A stretch of DNA of 64,000 bases from Candidatus Fervidifonticultor sextus (lineage in GTDB: Bacteria; Sysuimicrobiota; Sysuimicrobiia; Sysuimicrobiales; Humicultoraceae): NCBI GenBank assembly GCA_031459875.1, contig JAVKHQ010000012.1:1-64000 (forward strand). Reading direction: 5' to 3'. Position numbers and translations under genes: made by a program. The notes under the pieces are model-generated. The model saw nothing but the letters and a program-made list of their open reading frames with translations. It ran no database searches and was not told where the DNA came from. Of the stretch, positions 1-9,403 are shown one piece after another; positions within the stretch are counted from its first letter, which is position 1, and each line of letters begins with the position of its first letter.

Positions 1-288
1 ATTCCGGACGCGGGGCACCCACACCGGCAGTTTCTGGTCCGCCAAGTAGACCGAGCCCTGTTGCCGGCCCCACCGCACTACCTCCGGCGCCCCATCGCCG
101 CGCGCATACCGTGGGCCGGCCAGGGCCACTACTTCCTGCTGGAGCACGTCCTCCACTGCCTGCAGCCCCACAGGAATCAAGGCCTGGATGAGGGCGATGC
201 GGGCATCCAGGGTCTCGAGGCCCGGCAGCCCTGCGGCGCTACCCGACCCCACCTTGCCATCCTGACCTATCCGCAGTACCTTGGGCAT
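1..288 (-). mobile_element. IS256-family (mutator-type) transposase, 5' part (runs off window)
   Basis: Not in ORF track. Minus-strand ATG at 288 with AAGGAGG RBS; translates MPKVLRIG...ALIPVGLQAVEDVLQQEVVALAGPRYAR...VRWGRQQGSVYLADQKLPVWVPRVRN, resembling IS256-family N-termini. Confidence 0.8.
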
Positions 289-360
289 GGAGCAGCCTCC
301 TTCGTGGTGTATTGGGCTTCCCCCAAGAGATTCCGTTCACCACCCGGGGCGCTGCTCCCT

Positions 361-389
361 CGATTTTCCACTAACCTCGGGACACCTTC
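361..389 (-). repeat. Putative left terminal inverted repeat of the IS256-family element
   Basis: Minus strand GAAGGTGTCCCGAGGTTAGTGGAAAATCG, about 70 nt upstream of the transposase start; partner IR is outside the window. Confidence 0.55.
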
Positions 390-508
390 GGTGGGAAGAT
401 GAGGCAAAAGAATGGGTCCAGACCGAGGGCAAGAAGCCGCCCGACGTGACCATCACGTCGTGGGACGAACTCATGCGGTACAAGGGGAGACGAGGTAAGA
501 CCTCGTGA
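390..508 (+). pseudogene. 3' remnant of a gene probably interrupted by the IS
   Basis: Coding-like frame WEDEAKEWVQTEGKKPPDVTITSWDELMRYKGRRGKTS* starts right at the IS end with no start codon of its own. Confidence 0.5.
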
Positions 509-546
509 AGTCGTTCTTTGCTGCATGTGGACAAAGGGGGTAGATT

Positions 547-963
547 GTGGCTACGTGCGAGTGGGCAATCCTCTGCGACTACGCATTCCAAGACATCGGC
601 CGCAAGTCATGCCTCATCGGGATATTCGACCGGATCTTCGCTGCTCGTGTCCCGGCGACCCATCACCAAGCAGCGGTGGTCATCAAGCTGGTCGGGAATC
701 CGCAGGAGCGCGTCCAGATACGCCTTGCCATCTCTCGACCCACCGGGGAGACCCTCGCTGAGGTTACGGGAACAGCGCAGTTGAGCGATGCAGGCACGCT
801 GGAGCAAGGCCTGAACCTTGGGAATCTTCCGCTGCCAGATTTCGGCATCTACGCCATCAAGATCTTCCTAGGTGATGCGCCCGATCCCGCCAAGATGATC
901 ACCTTCACCGTGACTCGACCACCTCAGCCTCCATCTTCACCTTCATTGCCCCCTCAGGCATGA
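547..963 (+). CDS. DUF6941-like small beta-rich protein (element cargo)
   Basis: AILCDYA...GxxxLIGIFDRI N-terminus and GIYAIKIFL C-terminus; AAGGGGG RBS. Confidence 0.6.
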   Translation: MATCEWAILCDYAFQDIGRKSCLIGIFDRIFAARVPATHHQAAVVIKLVGNPQERVQIRLAISRPTGETLAEVTGTAQLSDAGTLEQGLNLGNLPLPDFGIYAIKIFLGDAPDPAKMITFTVTRPPQPPSSPSLPPQA

Positions 964-1256
964 CCAACGCAGAGATCGCTCGGGTCGCTGGGGAGATCCT
1001 TGCGGCCATCTGGTTGGGTTGGCAGACCTACCTGGCACGGAAGAAGGCGGCGTCAGCCGAGAGGAAAGTCGATCAGGCTTTAAGGATCTTACAGCAAGTA
1101 GTTAACCGCCTGCAGCAGGCTCAGTCGCAGGCGGTTAACGTGAATGTCTACTACGCGGGTGTCAGTGGTACGGCCGATACGAGGGTTAAGCCCCCGCCTG
1201 AGGTTCCTCCACCTCGGGTCGAATCGGAATCCCCGTCGGCGCCGGAAACTGGATAG
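960..1256 (+). CDS. Hypothetical protein with N-terminal hydrophobic helix and coiled-coil
   Basis: ATGA overlap with upstream ORF; 98 aa. Confidence 0.5.
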   Translation: MTNAEIARVAGEILAAIWLGWQTYLARKKAASAERKVDQALRILQQVVNRLQQAQSQAVNVNVYYAGVSGTADTRVKPPPEVPPPRVESESPSAPETG

Positions 1257-1564
1257 AGAACTGCGTGCGGCCGGTTGCACTGCTCGTCACGGTCGCTGAT
1301 GGGGTTGCCTTCGACTTCTTTCCCTCCTCGACAGTAGCATAGAGCGTCCTCTCCTCTGGCATAGTCTTTCCTCTCCTCTCAAGGGAGTCATCCAGGGTGA
1401 TGCCCTAGTCAGGTTCACTAGTAGTCCCCAGGTTCGCCACAGGGGCCGTATCTCCCTCCCACCCCTGGGGTCCCTCCCTACCCCCCTGCGATGTCCCCTC
1501 GCATATCAATATACCCCTGCGGCCCCTGCGTTTGTTCCCGTTCCCTGAGCCTGGAGGAGCGCCC

Positions 1565-1750
1565 ATGACCCCTGACGTTCACGCACTGATGCGCGCCACG
1601 GACCACCTGCTGCCGGTCGCCCATCACGTCCGCCGCACGTGGCAGGACAGCGAGCATCTCGCCGAGGCGATGGGGCTGTTGCTCGATGCGATGGACGTGG
1701 CCGCCGAGGCGCTGCGGTCGGTCAGGCCGCAGACCACGAGGTTGTGTTGA
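1565..1750 (+). CDS. Small hypothetical helical protein
   Basis: GGAGGAG RBS before ATG 1565; MTPDVHALMRATDHLL... Confidence 0.45.
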   Translation: MTPDVHALMRATDHLLPVAHHVRRTWQDSEHLAEAMGLLLDAMDVAAEALRSVRPQTTRLC

Positions 1751-1770
1751 ACGCTGACTTCTTCAGCGAT

Positions 1771-1779
1771 TGCTATACT
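1771..1779 (+). promoter_or_regulatory. Extended -10 promoter element facing attR
   Basis: TGcTATACT preceded by hairpin CGCTGA-cttct-TCAGCG (1752-1768). Confidence 0.4.
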
Positions 1780-1798
1780 GACGGCTCACCGTGACCAT

Positions 1799-2041
1799 GG
1801 TTTGCAGACTGGTTTGCAGTGCTTGAGAAAGCGGGTCCCGCGCGGTGCGCAGGTTTGCGCGCAGGTTTGCACCAGGCCTCGGAACCCCGCGTCCTGTCTA
1901 CACTGCGGGGAGACCTCGAAAAAGACTGCAGGGGTCGGGCGCACGAATCTCCGCGTCTGGCGCGGCGTTCCGCAAGCGCGATCCCCTTGCCGAACCGAGG
2001 GGGTCGGGCCGAAGCCCGATCTGCAAACCAATCTGCAAACC
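1799..2041. repeat. Three pairs of GGTTTGC motifs with 12-bp period; outer pairs form a 21-bp inverted repeat (putative integrase arm sites)
   Basis: 1799-1819 GGTTTGCAGACTGGTTTGCAG vs revcomp of 2021-2041 GGTTTGCAGATTGGTTTGCAG (1 mismatch); 1847-1870 (GCGCAGGTTTGC)x2. Confidence 0.7.
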
Positions 2042-2068
2042 GCCGGCCGAAAATGGCATCAAAAATCA

Positions 2069-2175
2069 GGGACTGACAGGGAGTGACACCGTGAGAAGCG
2101 GAAGCGCCGAAACCCGCGTGGGAAGCGGATTCCGGCGCTTCTCGTTCTCAGTCCTTGCTATTCGCTGTCAGTCCC
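2069..2175. repeat. Long imperfect palindrome next to the att core
   Basis: Nested arms GGGACTGACAG/CTGTCAGTCCC, TGAGAA/TTCTCA and GAAGCGCCG/CGGCGCTTC. Confidence 0.65.
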
Positions 2176-2184
2176 CTCGGCTTC

Positions 2185-2229
2185 TTCGCAACGAGGGGGT
2201 CGGCGGTTCGAGTCCGCTCGTCTCCACCA
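2185..2229 (+). tRNA. tRNA-Ala(CGC) 3' fragment (attR of an integrated element), not a complete tRNA
   Basis: Anticodon loop TTCGCAA, T-arm GGCGG-TTCGAGT-CCGCT, acceptor 3' strand CGTCTCC (U70, Ala identity), A73, CCA; no matching 5' half upstream. Confidence 0.85.
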
Positions 2230-2401
2230 CCCAGAACCCATCGCGGGATCGAATCCACCCGCTCGTGTGGAATTGCGCGCCCCACTTCTGCCCGATACGA
2301 CCTCGCACAGCGGCGTCCCACGCAAGGCCTCCGAGGGCCGCGGTCTCCATCGGGCAAACAAGGCAGGTAGGCGGCATGGGGTGGAGGCCAGCGAACCTCG
2401 A

Positions 2402-3670
2402 CTACTCCCGCACCTGCCCGCTGCCCAGCACCACCCACTTCAACGACGTGAGTTCGGCTACGCCCATCGGACCCCGCGGCCCGATGCGGTCGGTGCTGAT
2501 CCCGATCTCGGCGCCCAGGCCGAACTCGCCGCCGTCCACCAGCCGGGTGGAGGCGTTCACCAGGACCGCGGCCGAATCCACCGCGGCCAGGAAGCGCTGC
2601 GCCTTCTGCTCGTCCTGGGTCACGATGGCGTCCGCCAGGCCGGTGCTGTGGCGCTGGATGTGGGCCAGCGCCTCGTCCAGACCGTCTACGACCCGCACGC
2701 CCAGGATGAGGTCGAGGTACTCGGCGCCCCAGTCTTCCTCGGTAGCGGGGACCACCGCAGCGGACAGATCGGGATCTGCCTGCGCCAGGATTTCCCTTGT
2801 GCGCGCATCCGCCCGCACCTCGACGCCGGCTGCCCGCAGCGCGCGGACCATGGACGGAAGGAAGGCGGCAGCGATCGGGGCATCCACGAGCAGCGTCTCC
2901 AGCGCGTTGCACGTGCTCGGACGGTTGACCTTGGCGTTGAGGGCGATCCGCTCGGCGACAGCCAGGTCGGCGTCGCGGTCCACGAAGAGGTGGCAGGCGC
3001 CTTTGAAGTGCTTGAGGACCGGCATCCGGGCGTGCTCGACGACCGAGCGGATCAGCCGCTCGCTGCCGCGGGGAATGACCAGGTCGATCCCCTCGCAGCG
3101 GAGCAGTTCGGTGACCAGGGCATGGTCGGAGTCGGCGATCACCTGCACCGCGCCGTCGGGGAGCCCGCACCGGGCGAGCAGGCCGCCCAGGAAGGCGTTG
3201 GAGCGGCGCGCCTCCCGTCCGCCCCTCAGGATGGCGGCGTTGCCGGCCTTGACGCACAGCGCCGCCGCGTCGGTTGTCACGTTGGGCCGGGCCTCGTAGA
3301 TCATCAGGATCACGCCGATGGGCGCGCGCATCTGCCCGACCCGCATCCCGTTGGGCCGCCGGCGGACGTGGACGACCTCGCCGACGGGATCGGGGAGCGA
3401 GGCGACGTCGCGCACCCCCCGCGCCATGGCCCGGACGCGCTCCGGGGTCAGCCGCAGCCGGTCCACCAGTGCGGGCCGCTGGCCCGCGGCCGCGGCTTCG
3501 GCGAGGTCCGCCGCATTGGCGGCCAGCAGGCCGTCGGCCTCCGCGTCGATGAGGTCGGCCAGCGCCGCCAGCGCCCGGTTCTTCTCGGCCGCAGGCCACA
3601 CCCGAAGCGCCGCCGCCGCCTGGCGGGCGCGCGCCACCATCGCCTGCGCGGTTTCCACCTGCACGTTCAT
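2402..3670 (-). CDS. proA: Gamma-glutamyl phosphate reductase
   Basis: YEARPNVT, STCNALETLL, VNASTR..DGGEFGLGAEIGIST motifs. Confidence 0.97.
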   Translation of the reverse strand: MNVQVETAQAMVARARQAAAALRVWPAAEKNRALAALADLIDAEADGLLAANAADLAEAAAAGQRPALVDRLRLTPERVRAMARGVRDVASLPDPVGEVVHVRRRPNGMRVGQMRAPIGVILMIYEARPNVTTDAAALCVKAGNAAILRGGREARRSNAFLGGLLARCGLPDGAVQVIADSDHALVTELLRCEGIDLVIPRGSERLIRSVVEHARMPVLKHFKGACHLFVDRDADLAVAERIALNAKVNRPSTCNALETLLVDAPIAAAFLPSMVRALRAAGVEVRADARTREILAQADPDLSAAVVPATEEDWGAEYLDLILGVRVVDGLDEALAHIQRHSTGLADAIVTQDEQKAQRFLAAVDSAAVLVNASTRLVDGGEFGLGAEIGISTDRIGPRGPMGVAELTSLKWVVLGSGQVRE

Positions 3671-3697
3671 GGTGTCATCGGCTTCTCGGTGGGCGGC

Positions 3698-4834
3698 TCA
3701 CGGCGCGAGCACCAGGTTGTCGCGGTGGACCGCCTCAATCCGGCCCCCGGCGATCTCGGCGATCTCGCCGCTGCGGCGGCCTTTCATGGCCTCGAGGGCG
3801 GCCCGGCCGTGGGAGGCGATCCCGCGCGCGACCTCGCGGCCCGACGGGTCGACGATGACGACCAGGTCGCCCGCCTCGAAGGTGCCCTCGACCGCCTTGA
3901 TGCCCGACGGCAGCAGGCTGCGGCCGCGCTCCCGCAGCGCCCGGGCGGCGCCTTCGTCCACGATCAGCCGGCCGCGCACGCGTCCGAGGGCCACCAGCCA
4001 CCGCTTGCGTCCCAGCACCGCGCGCCCCACGGGCAGGAACCAGGTCCCCAGGCGCTCGCCGGCAGCGATCCGCTCCAGGACGCGTGGGGTCATCCCGTGG
4101 GCCACCACGACTGTGCACCCCGCCGCGGTCGCCAGCCGGGCCGCGCCGATCTTCGTCAGCATCCCTCCGGTGCCCAGCGCGGAGCCGCTCCGGCGGGCGG
4201 CACGCTCGAGCTCGGACGGTACGCCGCGTACCTCATGGATCCGGCGGGCGGTGGGGTCCCGGTGGGGATCGCCCGTGTAGAATCCGTCCACGTCCGAGAG
4301 GATGCACAGCAGGTCGGCGCCCACCAGGATGGCGACCTGGGCCGAGAGCGTGTCGTTGTCGCCGATGCGGATCTCGTCGGTGGCCACGGTGTCGTTCTCG
4401 TTCACGATGGGGACGATCCGCCGGCGCAGCAGGGCCGCCATGGTGTTGCGGGCGTTGAGGTAACGGCGGCGCACCGCCAGGTCGTCGGCGACCAGCAGCA
4501 CCTGCGCCACGCGGATGCCGCGGGCCCCGAAGAGGCGGCTGTACTCCCGCATCAGGAGCGGCTGACCGACTGCGGCCAGCGCCTGGCGGTCGGCCATCGT
4601 CTGCGGCCGGTCCGGCCCGCCGACCAGGGCGGCCCCGGTGGCGATGGCCCCGGACGTCACCAGGACCACCGGCCTGCCGGCCCGATGCAGCGCCGCGACC
4701 TGTCCCACGACGGCCGACAGGCGCTCGGGCTGCGGCCGGTCGGCCTCCCCGCACAGCGTCGTGGTCCCGACCTTGACGACCAGCGGGCGGGCGGGAGCCT
4801 TCCCGTCTGGGTGGCCTCTGGAGTCCTTGATCAT
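3698..4834 (-). CDS. proB: Glutamate 5-kinase with PUA domain
   Basis: [38 protein letters not shown]. Confidence 0.97.
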   Translation of the reverse strand: MIKDSRGHPDGKAPARPLVVKVGTTTLCGEADRPQPERLSAVVGQVAALHRAGRPVVLVTSGAIATGAALVGGPDRPQTMADRQALAAVGQPLLMREYSRLFGARGIRVAQVLLVADDLAVRRRYLNARNTMAALLRRRIVPIVNENDTVATDEIRIGDNDTLSAQVAILVGADLLCILSDVDGFYTGDPHRDPTARRIHEVRGVPSELERAARRSGSALGTGGMLTKIGAARLATAAGCTVVVAHGMTPRVLERIAAGERLGTWFLPVGRAVLGRKRWLVALGRVRGRLIVDEGAARALRERGRSLLPSGIKAVEGTFEAGDLVVIVDPSGREVARGIASHGRAALEAMKGRRSGEIAEIAGGRIEAVHRDNLVLAP

Positions 4835-4875
4835 GCCCACCGTCGCTCCCCGCAGGTGCTGTGGGGCTTGTGGCG

Positions 4876-4905
4876 ACCGTAGCACGCAGGGCGAGGCCGG
4901 GTCAA
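4876..4905 (-). promoter_or_regulatory. Putative sigma70 promoter for proBA
   Basis: TTGACC-N18-TACGGT with TGn extension. Confidence 0.45.
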
Positions 4906-4982
4906 GGCGGGCGGGAGCAGCGTGGGTCGCGAAGGGCGTGCCGGCCGCCTGACGGACCGCCGGCGGATGCCCGCACGCGGTG

Positions 4983-4991
4983 TGCTACAAT
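4983..4991 (+). promoter_or_regulatory. Extended -10 for the PBP1A-yebC-ruv operon
   Basis: TGcTACAAT about 36 nt upstream of ATG 5028. Confidence 0.5.
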
Positions 4992-5027
4992 AGGGCAGGT
5001 CGGCCCGGACGGCGGGCCCTCGCTGCG

Positions 5028-7388
5028 ATGACACCGCGCCGCCCTCTTACCAACCAGACGGCCGCCCGCCCCCGGCGGTCCCGTGCCCGCCGGCCCCGGT
5101 GGGCCCGCATCCTGCTGGCCACCGTCGTCCTGGCCGGGCTCGTGCTGGTCGGGAGCGGTGTCGCCGTCGGGGTGGCGGTGGCGGTGGGCCAGCAGGTCCG
5201 CGACGTCTCGCAACTCTACAGCCCGCCCAGCCAGGCCACCCGGATCTACGCGGCAGACGGGGAATTGATCGCCTCGCTCTATCGCGAGAACCGACAGATC
5301 GTGCCCCTGACGGCGGTTCCCCCGATCCTCCGACAGGCCGTGATCGCCATCGAGGACGAGCGGTTCTACAGCCACCGCGGCGTGGACCCGCGCGGCATCG
5401 CGCGGGCGCTGTGGCGCAACATCCGCGAGGGCGAACTGGTGGAGGGCGGCAGCACCATCACCCAGCAGCTGGCGCGCAACGTGTTCCTGTCGTCTGAGCG
5501 GGCCATCAGCCGCAAGGTGGCGGAGATGCTCCTGGCCCTGGAGATCGAGCGGCGCCTGACCAAGGATGAGATCCTCGAGCGCTACCTCAACCAGGTCTAC
5601 TTCGGCCAGGGCGCCTACGGCGTCGAGATGGCGGCGCGGGTCTATTTCGGGAAGTCCGTCCGCGAGGTCACGCTGCCCGAGGCAGCGCTCCTGGCCGGCC
5701 TCATCCGGGCGCCGTCGTTGTACTCGCCCTATCGGAACTTCGCCCTGGCCAAGCGGCAGCAGGAGATCGTACTGGGGCGGATGGCCGCGCTGGGCTTCAT
5801 CGGCGCCGGGGAAGCCGCCGCCGCCCGCGCCGCGGACATCCGGCTGGCCCCGGCCACCAACGCCGGATTGGCCGGCATCCGGGCACCGTACTTCGTGTCC
5901 TTCATCCTGCCGAGGCTGCTGGAGACCTACGGCGAGGACGTCGTGTACAATGGCGGGCTGCAGATCTCCACAACGCTGGATGTCCGCCTGCAGGCGGCCG
6001 CGGAGCGGGCCGTGCGGGCCGGCATCGATTCGGCGAAGCGCCGCGGGCTCAAGATCGAACAGGCGGCCCTGGTCGCCATCGACCCGGACACCGGCGCGGT
6101 GCGCGCCATGATCGGCGGGGTGGATTTCGCCGCCAGCCAGTTCAACCGGGCCTGGCAGGCGCGCCGGCAGCCCGGTTCGGCCTTCAAGGTCTTCGTCTAC
6201 GCGGCGGCCATCGCCGCCGGGGTGCCGCCCACGCGGATCCTGAACGATGAGCCGGTGACCTTCAAGATCCGGGGTGCGCGGGACTGGTCGCCGAAGAACT
6301 ACGACGGGACGTTCTCGGGGCCTGTCACCCTGCGCCGGGCGCTGGAGAAATCCATCAACGTCCCCGCCGCGCGCATGATCCACGAACTGGGTCCGCAAAA
6401 AGTGGTGGAGATCGCGAAGGCCATGGGCATCGAGAGCCCGCTGCCTCCCCACCTCTCGCTGGCGCTGGGGTCGGCCGATGTGACGCCCCTGGAGATGGCC
6501 ACGGCGTTCGCGACGCTGGCCAACGGCGGGCTGCGCGTCCAGCCCATGGCGATCACCAGGGTGACCGATGCCAAGGGCAGGGTGCTGGAGGAGTCCCGGC
6601 CGCGCCGGCAGGTCGGCATCCCGGCCGAGGTGGCCTACGTCATGACCGATCTGCTCAAGGGTGTCATCGAGCGCGGGACCGGGACCGCGGCCCAGATCGG
6701 CAGGCCCGCCGCGGGCAAGACCGGGACGACCGATGACTACCGCAACGCCTGGTTCATCGGCTACACGCCGCACCTGGCCACCGCCGTGTGGGTCGGCAAC
6801 GACGACAACAGCCCGATGCGCCGGGTCGTGGGGGGCATGGTCCCGGCCGAGATCTGGGCGGCCTTCATGAAGGTCGCCACCGCCAACGACCCGCCCGACG
6901 ACTGGAGCCCGCCCGACGGCGTCGTGGTCGCGACGGTCTGCGCCGGCTCCTGGCAGCTCGCCACGGTCGACTGCCCGAACCCCCGGCGTGAGGTCTTCAC
7001 CCGGGACTCGGCGCCCACCCGCTACGACGTGGCGCCGTCCGGACCCGAGGCGGCCGGCGGTCCTCCCCCGATCCCGCTGGTCATCACGCGGCCCTCCGAC
7101 GGCGCCGTGGCGGGCCCGCCCTATCTCATCGAGGGGGGAACGGCCCACGGAGCCATGGTCACGATCGTTGTGACGGCGGAGGGGGTGGGGGGTCGGGGCC
7201 GGATGGCCGAGGTGGCGATGCAGACCGACGGCCAGGGGCGGTTCGCCTATGAGTTTCGGCCGACGCCGCGCGTGCCTGGCACCCGGTACATCATCTCCGT
7301 CTCGGCGCTCGGGCTCAACGGGGGCCGGGCGTCGCGGACGGTCACCGTCACCGACGGGCCGCGCCCGATTCCGCCTGAGCCGCGGTAG
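5028..7388 (+). CDS. Class A penicillin-binding protein (PBP1A family) with C-terminal Ig-like extension
   Basis: EDERFYSHRGVD, GGSTITQQLARN, SAFK, SIN, KTGT motifs; N-terminal TM. Confidence 0.95.
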   Translation: MTPRRPLTNQTAARPRRSRARRPRWARILLATVVLAGLVLVGSGVAVGVAVAVGQQVRDVSQLYSPPSQATRIYAADGELIASLYRENRQIVPLTAVPPILRQAVIAIEDERFYSHRGVDPRGIARALWRNIREGELVEGGSTITQQLARNVFLSSERAISRKVAEMLLALEIERRLTKDEILERYLNQVYFGQGAYGVEMAARVYFGKSVREVTLPEAALLAGLIRAPSLYSPYRNFALAKRQQEIVLGRMAALGFIGAGEAAAARAADIRLAPATNAGLAGIRAPYFVSFILPRLLETYGEDVVYNGGLQISTTLDVRLQAAAERAVRAGIDSAKRRGLKIEQAALVAIDPDTGAVRAMIGGVDFAASQFNRAWQARRQPGSAFKVFVYAAAIAAGVPPTRILNDEPVTFKIRGARDWSPKNYDGTFSGPVTLRRALEKSINVPAARMIHELGPQKVVEIAKAMGIESPLPPHLSLALGSADVTPLEMATAFATLANGGLRVQPMAITRVTDAKGRVLEESRPRRQVGIPAEVAYVMTDLLKGVIERGTGTAAQIGRPAAGKTGTTDDYRNAWFIGYTPHLATAVWVGNDDNSPMRRVVGGMVPAEIWAAFMKVATANDPPDDWSPPDGVVVATVCAGSWQLATVDCPNPRREVFTRDSAPTRYDVAPSGPEAAGGPPPIPLVITRPSDGAVAGPPYLIEGGTAHGAMVTIVVTAEGVGGRGRMAEVAMQTDGQGRFAYEFRPTPRVPGTRYIISVSALGLNGGRASRTVTVTDGPRPIPPEPR

Positions 7389-7436
7389 GCGCGCGCCGGT
7401 GAGACGGCACACCGCGTCGGGTCGGGAGGTGTCGTG

Positions 7437-8177
7437 ATGTCAGGGCATTCCAAGTGGCACAACATCAAGATCAAGAAGCAGAAGATGGACCAGGTCCGCG
7501 GGAAGCTCTTCAGCAAGATCGCCCGTGAGATCATGGTCGCCGCCAAGGAAGGCGGGACCAACCCCGATGCCAATCCGCGGCTGCGCACCGCCATCGAACG
7601 CGCGCGCGACGTCGGGATGCCCAACGACAACATCCAGCGGGCCATTCAGCGTGGGGCGGGCGGGCTCGGCGGGGCGACGTACGAGACGGTCATCTACGAG
7701 GGGTTCGCGCCGGGCGGCGTCGCGGTCATGGTCGAGGCCCTCACCGACAACCGCAACCGCACGGCGGGCGAGGTGCGTGCGGTGTTCACCCGACACGGTG
7801 CCAGCCTGGGCGGGTCGGTCGCCTGGATGTTCGAGCGAGAGGGCGTGGTGACCGTGGCCCGCAACGGCCTGTCGGAGGACGACGTGCTGCTGGCGGCCAT
7901 GGAGGCCGGGGGCGAAGACGTCCGGACCACCGAGGACGGGTATGAGGTCATCGCCCGCCCCGAGGAGACCTTCAAGGTCAAGCAGGCCCTGGAGGCGCGC
8001 GGCCTCAAGGTGACCGGGGCGCAGGTCACCATGCGGCCGAAGAACACGGTCCGCGTGGAGGGGAAGGACGCCCAGCAGGTCCTGCGGCTGCTGGATGCGC
8101 TGGAGGATCTCGACGACGTGCAGGCGGTCTTCGCCAACTTCGACATCCCCGACGAGGTCATGCAGCAGGTCGGCTAG
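7437..8177 (+). CDS. yebC: YebC/PmpR family protein
   Basis: MSGHSKWHNIK, YEGFAPGGVA, TDNRNRT. Confidence 0.97.
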   Translation: MSGHSKWHNIKIKKQKMDQVRGKLFSKIAREIMVAAKEGGTNPDANPRLRTAIERARDVGMPNDNIQRAIQRGAGGLGGATYETVIYEGFAPGGVAVMVEALTDNRNRTAGEVRAVFTRHGASLGGSVAWMFEREGVVTVARNGLSEDDVLLAAMEAGGEDVRTTEDGYEVIARPEETFKVKQALEARGLKVTGAQVTMRPKNTVRVEGKDAQQVLRLLDALEDLDDVQAVFANFDIPDEVMQQVG

Positions 8178-8180
8178 GTC

Positions 8181-8783
8181 ATGCCGGCACCGGCGTCTCT
8201 GCGGCCCCGTGCGCATCCAACCATCACCCCGCCCCAGCGACTTGTCTCCCTGCCGCTTGTCCTCGGCATCGACCCTGGCCTGCAGCGCACCGGCTACGGG
8301 GCGGTCGTCCTGGACGGCGGGCGCCCGCGCCTCCGGGAGGCCGGGGTACTGGTGACGCAGGGCTGCGGCGGGCTGGGCGCCCGGCTGCATGACCTCCACC
8401 GGGACGTCACCCGACTGCTGGGGGATCTGCGCCCCGACCTGATCGTGCTGGAAGACCTCTTCGTGCACCGGGCGCACCCCCAGACGGCGCTGGCGCTGGG
8501 GCACGCGCGCGGGATCATCTACCTGGCGGCGGCGGCCGCGGACCTGCCGATCCTCGCGCTGGCGCCCAGCGTGGTGAAGCAGGCGGTGACGGGATCGGGC
8601 CGCGCCAGCAAGACCCAGGTGCAGGCGGCCGTGCGGGCGCTGCTGGGGGCGGGGCGCCTGGCGAATCCCCACGCCGCCGATGCGCTGGCCCTGGCCTATG
8701 CCGGCTGCTCGCGGTTCGGGACGCGCCTGGGGGGCCTGGCCGATCGGAGCGTTGCGCGCCGGCCGAAGGTGGCGGAGGGGTGA
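8181..8783 (+). CDS. ruvC: Holliday junction resolvase
   Basis: LGIDPG, VKQAVTGSGRASK, AADALALA; start uncertain. Confidence 0.95.
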   Translation: MPAPASLRPRAHPTITPPQRLVSLPLVLGIDPGLQRTGYGAVVLDGGRPRLREAGVLVTQGCGGLGARLHDLHRDVTRLLGDLRPDLIVLEDLFVHRAHPQTALALGHARGIIYLAAAAADLPILALAPSVVKQAVTGSGRASKTQVQAAVRALLGAGRLANPHAADALALAYAGCSRFGTRLGGLADRSVARRPKVAEG

Positions 8784-9403
8784 TCGGCTACCTGCGCGGG
8801 CGGATCGTCCGCCGCGGTGACGGCATGGTCGTGGTGGAGGCCAACGGCGTCGGCTACGAGGTGGCGCTGCCGCCCGTGGTGGAGGCGGCCCTGCCCGTGA
8901 ACGCCGGCGAGGGCCCGGTGGAGCTCTTCATCTCGTATCATGCCACGGCCAACCAGCCCAGGCCCCTGTTGATCGGGTTCCTGCACGAGGTGGAGCAGGA
9001 GTTCTTCGAGCGGTTCATCACGGTGGACGGCGTGGGCCCCACCAAGGCGGTGCGGGCGATGGTCCGCCAAGTCCACGAGATCGCCGACGCCATCGAGCGG
9101 CGGGACGTCGACTTCCTCCGCCGCCTGCCCGGCATCGGGAGCCGCACGGCCGAGAAGGTGATCGCGGAACTGCACGGGAAGATGGCCAAGTACGCGCTGC
9201 TGCGGGAAGCCGCAGCCGCGCCGGCGGCGCCGCAACCGGACTTCAAGGACGAGGTCATCGAGGTGCTGATCCGCCAGCTCGGGCACCGCCCCGCCGAAGC
9301 CCGCCGCATGGTGGAGGAGGCCCTGCGCCGCGCGCCGCACCTGGATTCTGCCGAGGCGCTGTTCCAGGAGGTCTACCGCCTCGAACGGGGGACATCCCAA
9401 TGA
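8780..9403 (+). CDS. ruvA: Holliday junction branch migration protein
   Basis: MIGYLRG, GVGYEV, two HhH motifs. Confidence 0.93.
   Translation: MIGYLRGRIVRRGDGMVVVEANGVGYEVALPPVVEAALPVNAGEGPVELFISYHATANQPRPLLIGFLHEVEQEFFERFITVDGVGPTKAVRAMVRQVHEIADAIERRDVDFLRRLPGIGSRTAEKVIAELHGKMAKYALLREAAAAPAAPQPDFKDEVIEVLIRQLGHRPAEARRMVEEALRRAPHLDSAEALFQEVYRLERGTSQ

Noticed and set aside
61..402. Plus-strand 113-aa ORF
   Set aside because: Antisense to the IS256-like transposase start
1799..2041. CRISPR array
   Set aside because: Repeats are 7-21 bp, partly inverted, with no regular spacers and no cas genes; no array seen elsewhere in the window
2154..2229. Complete tRNA-Ala gene
   Set aside because: No 5' acceptor strand or D-arm; the anticodon stem 5' side (GCTTC) does not pair with CGAGG
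4835..5027. T-box riboswitch upstream of proB
   Set aside because: No T-box consensus seen; the region is short and explained by divergent promoters
1845..7412. Long ORFs 1845-3299, 2267-4882, 2148-3599 and 4902-7412
   Set aside because: Overlap proA, proB or PBP1A in antisense or alternate frames; low-complexity Arg/Gly/Pro translations
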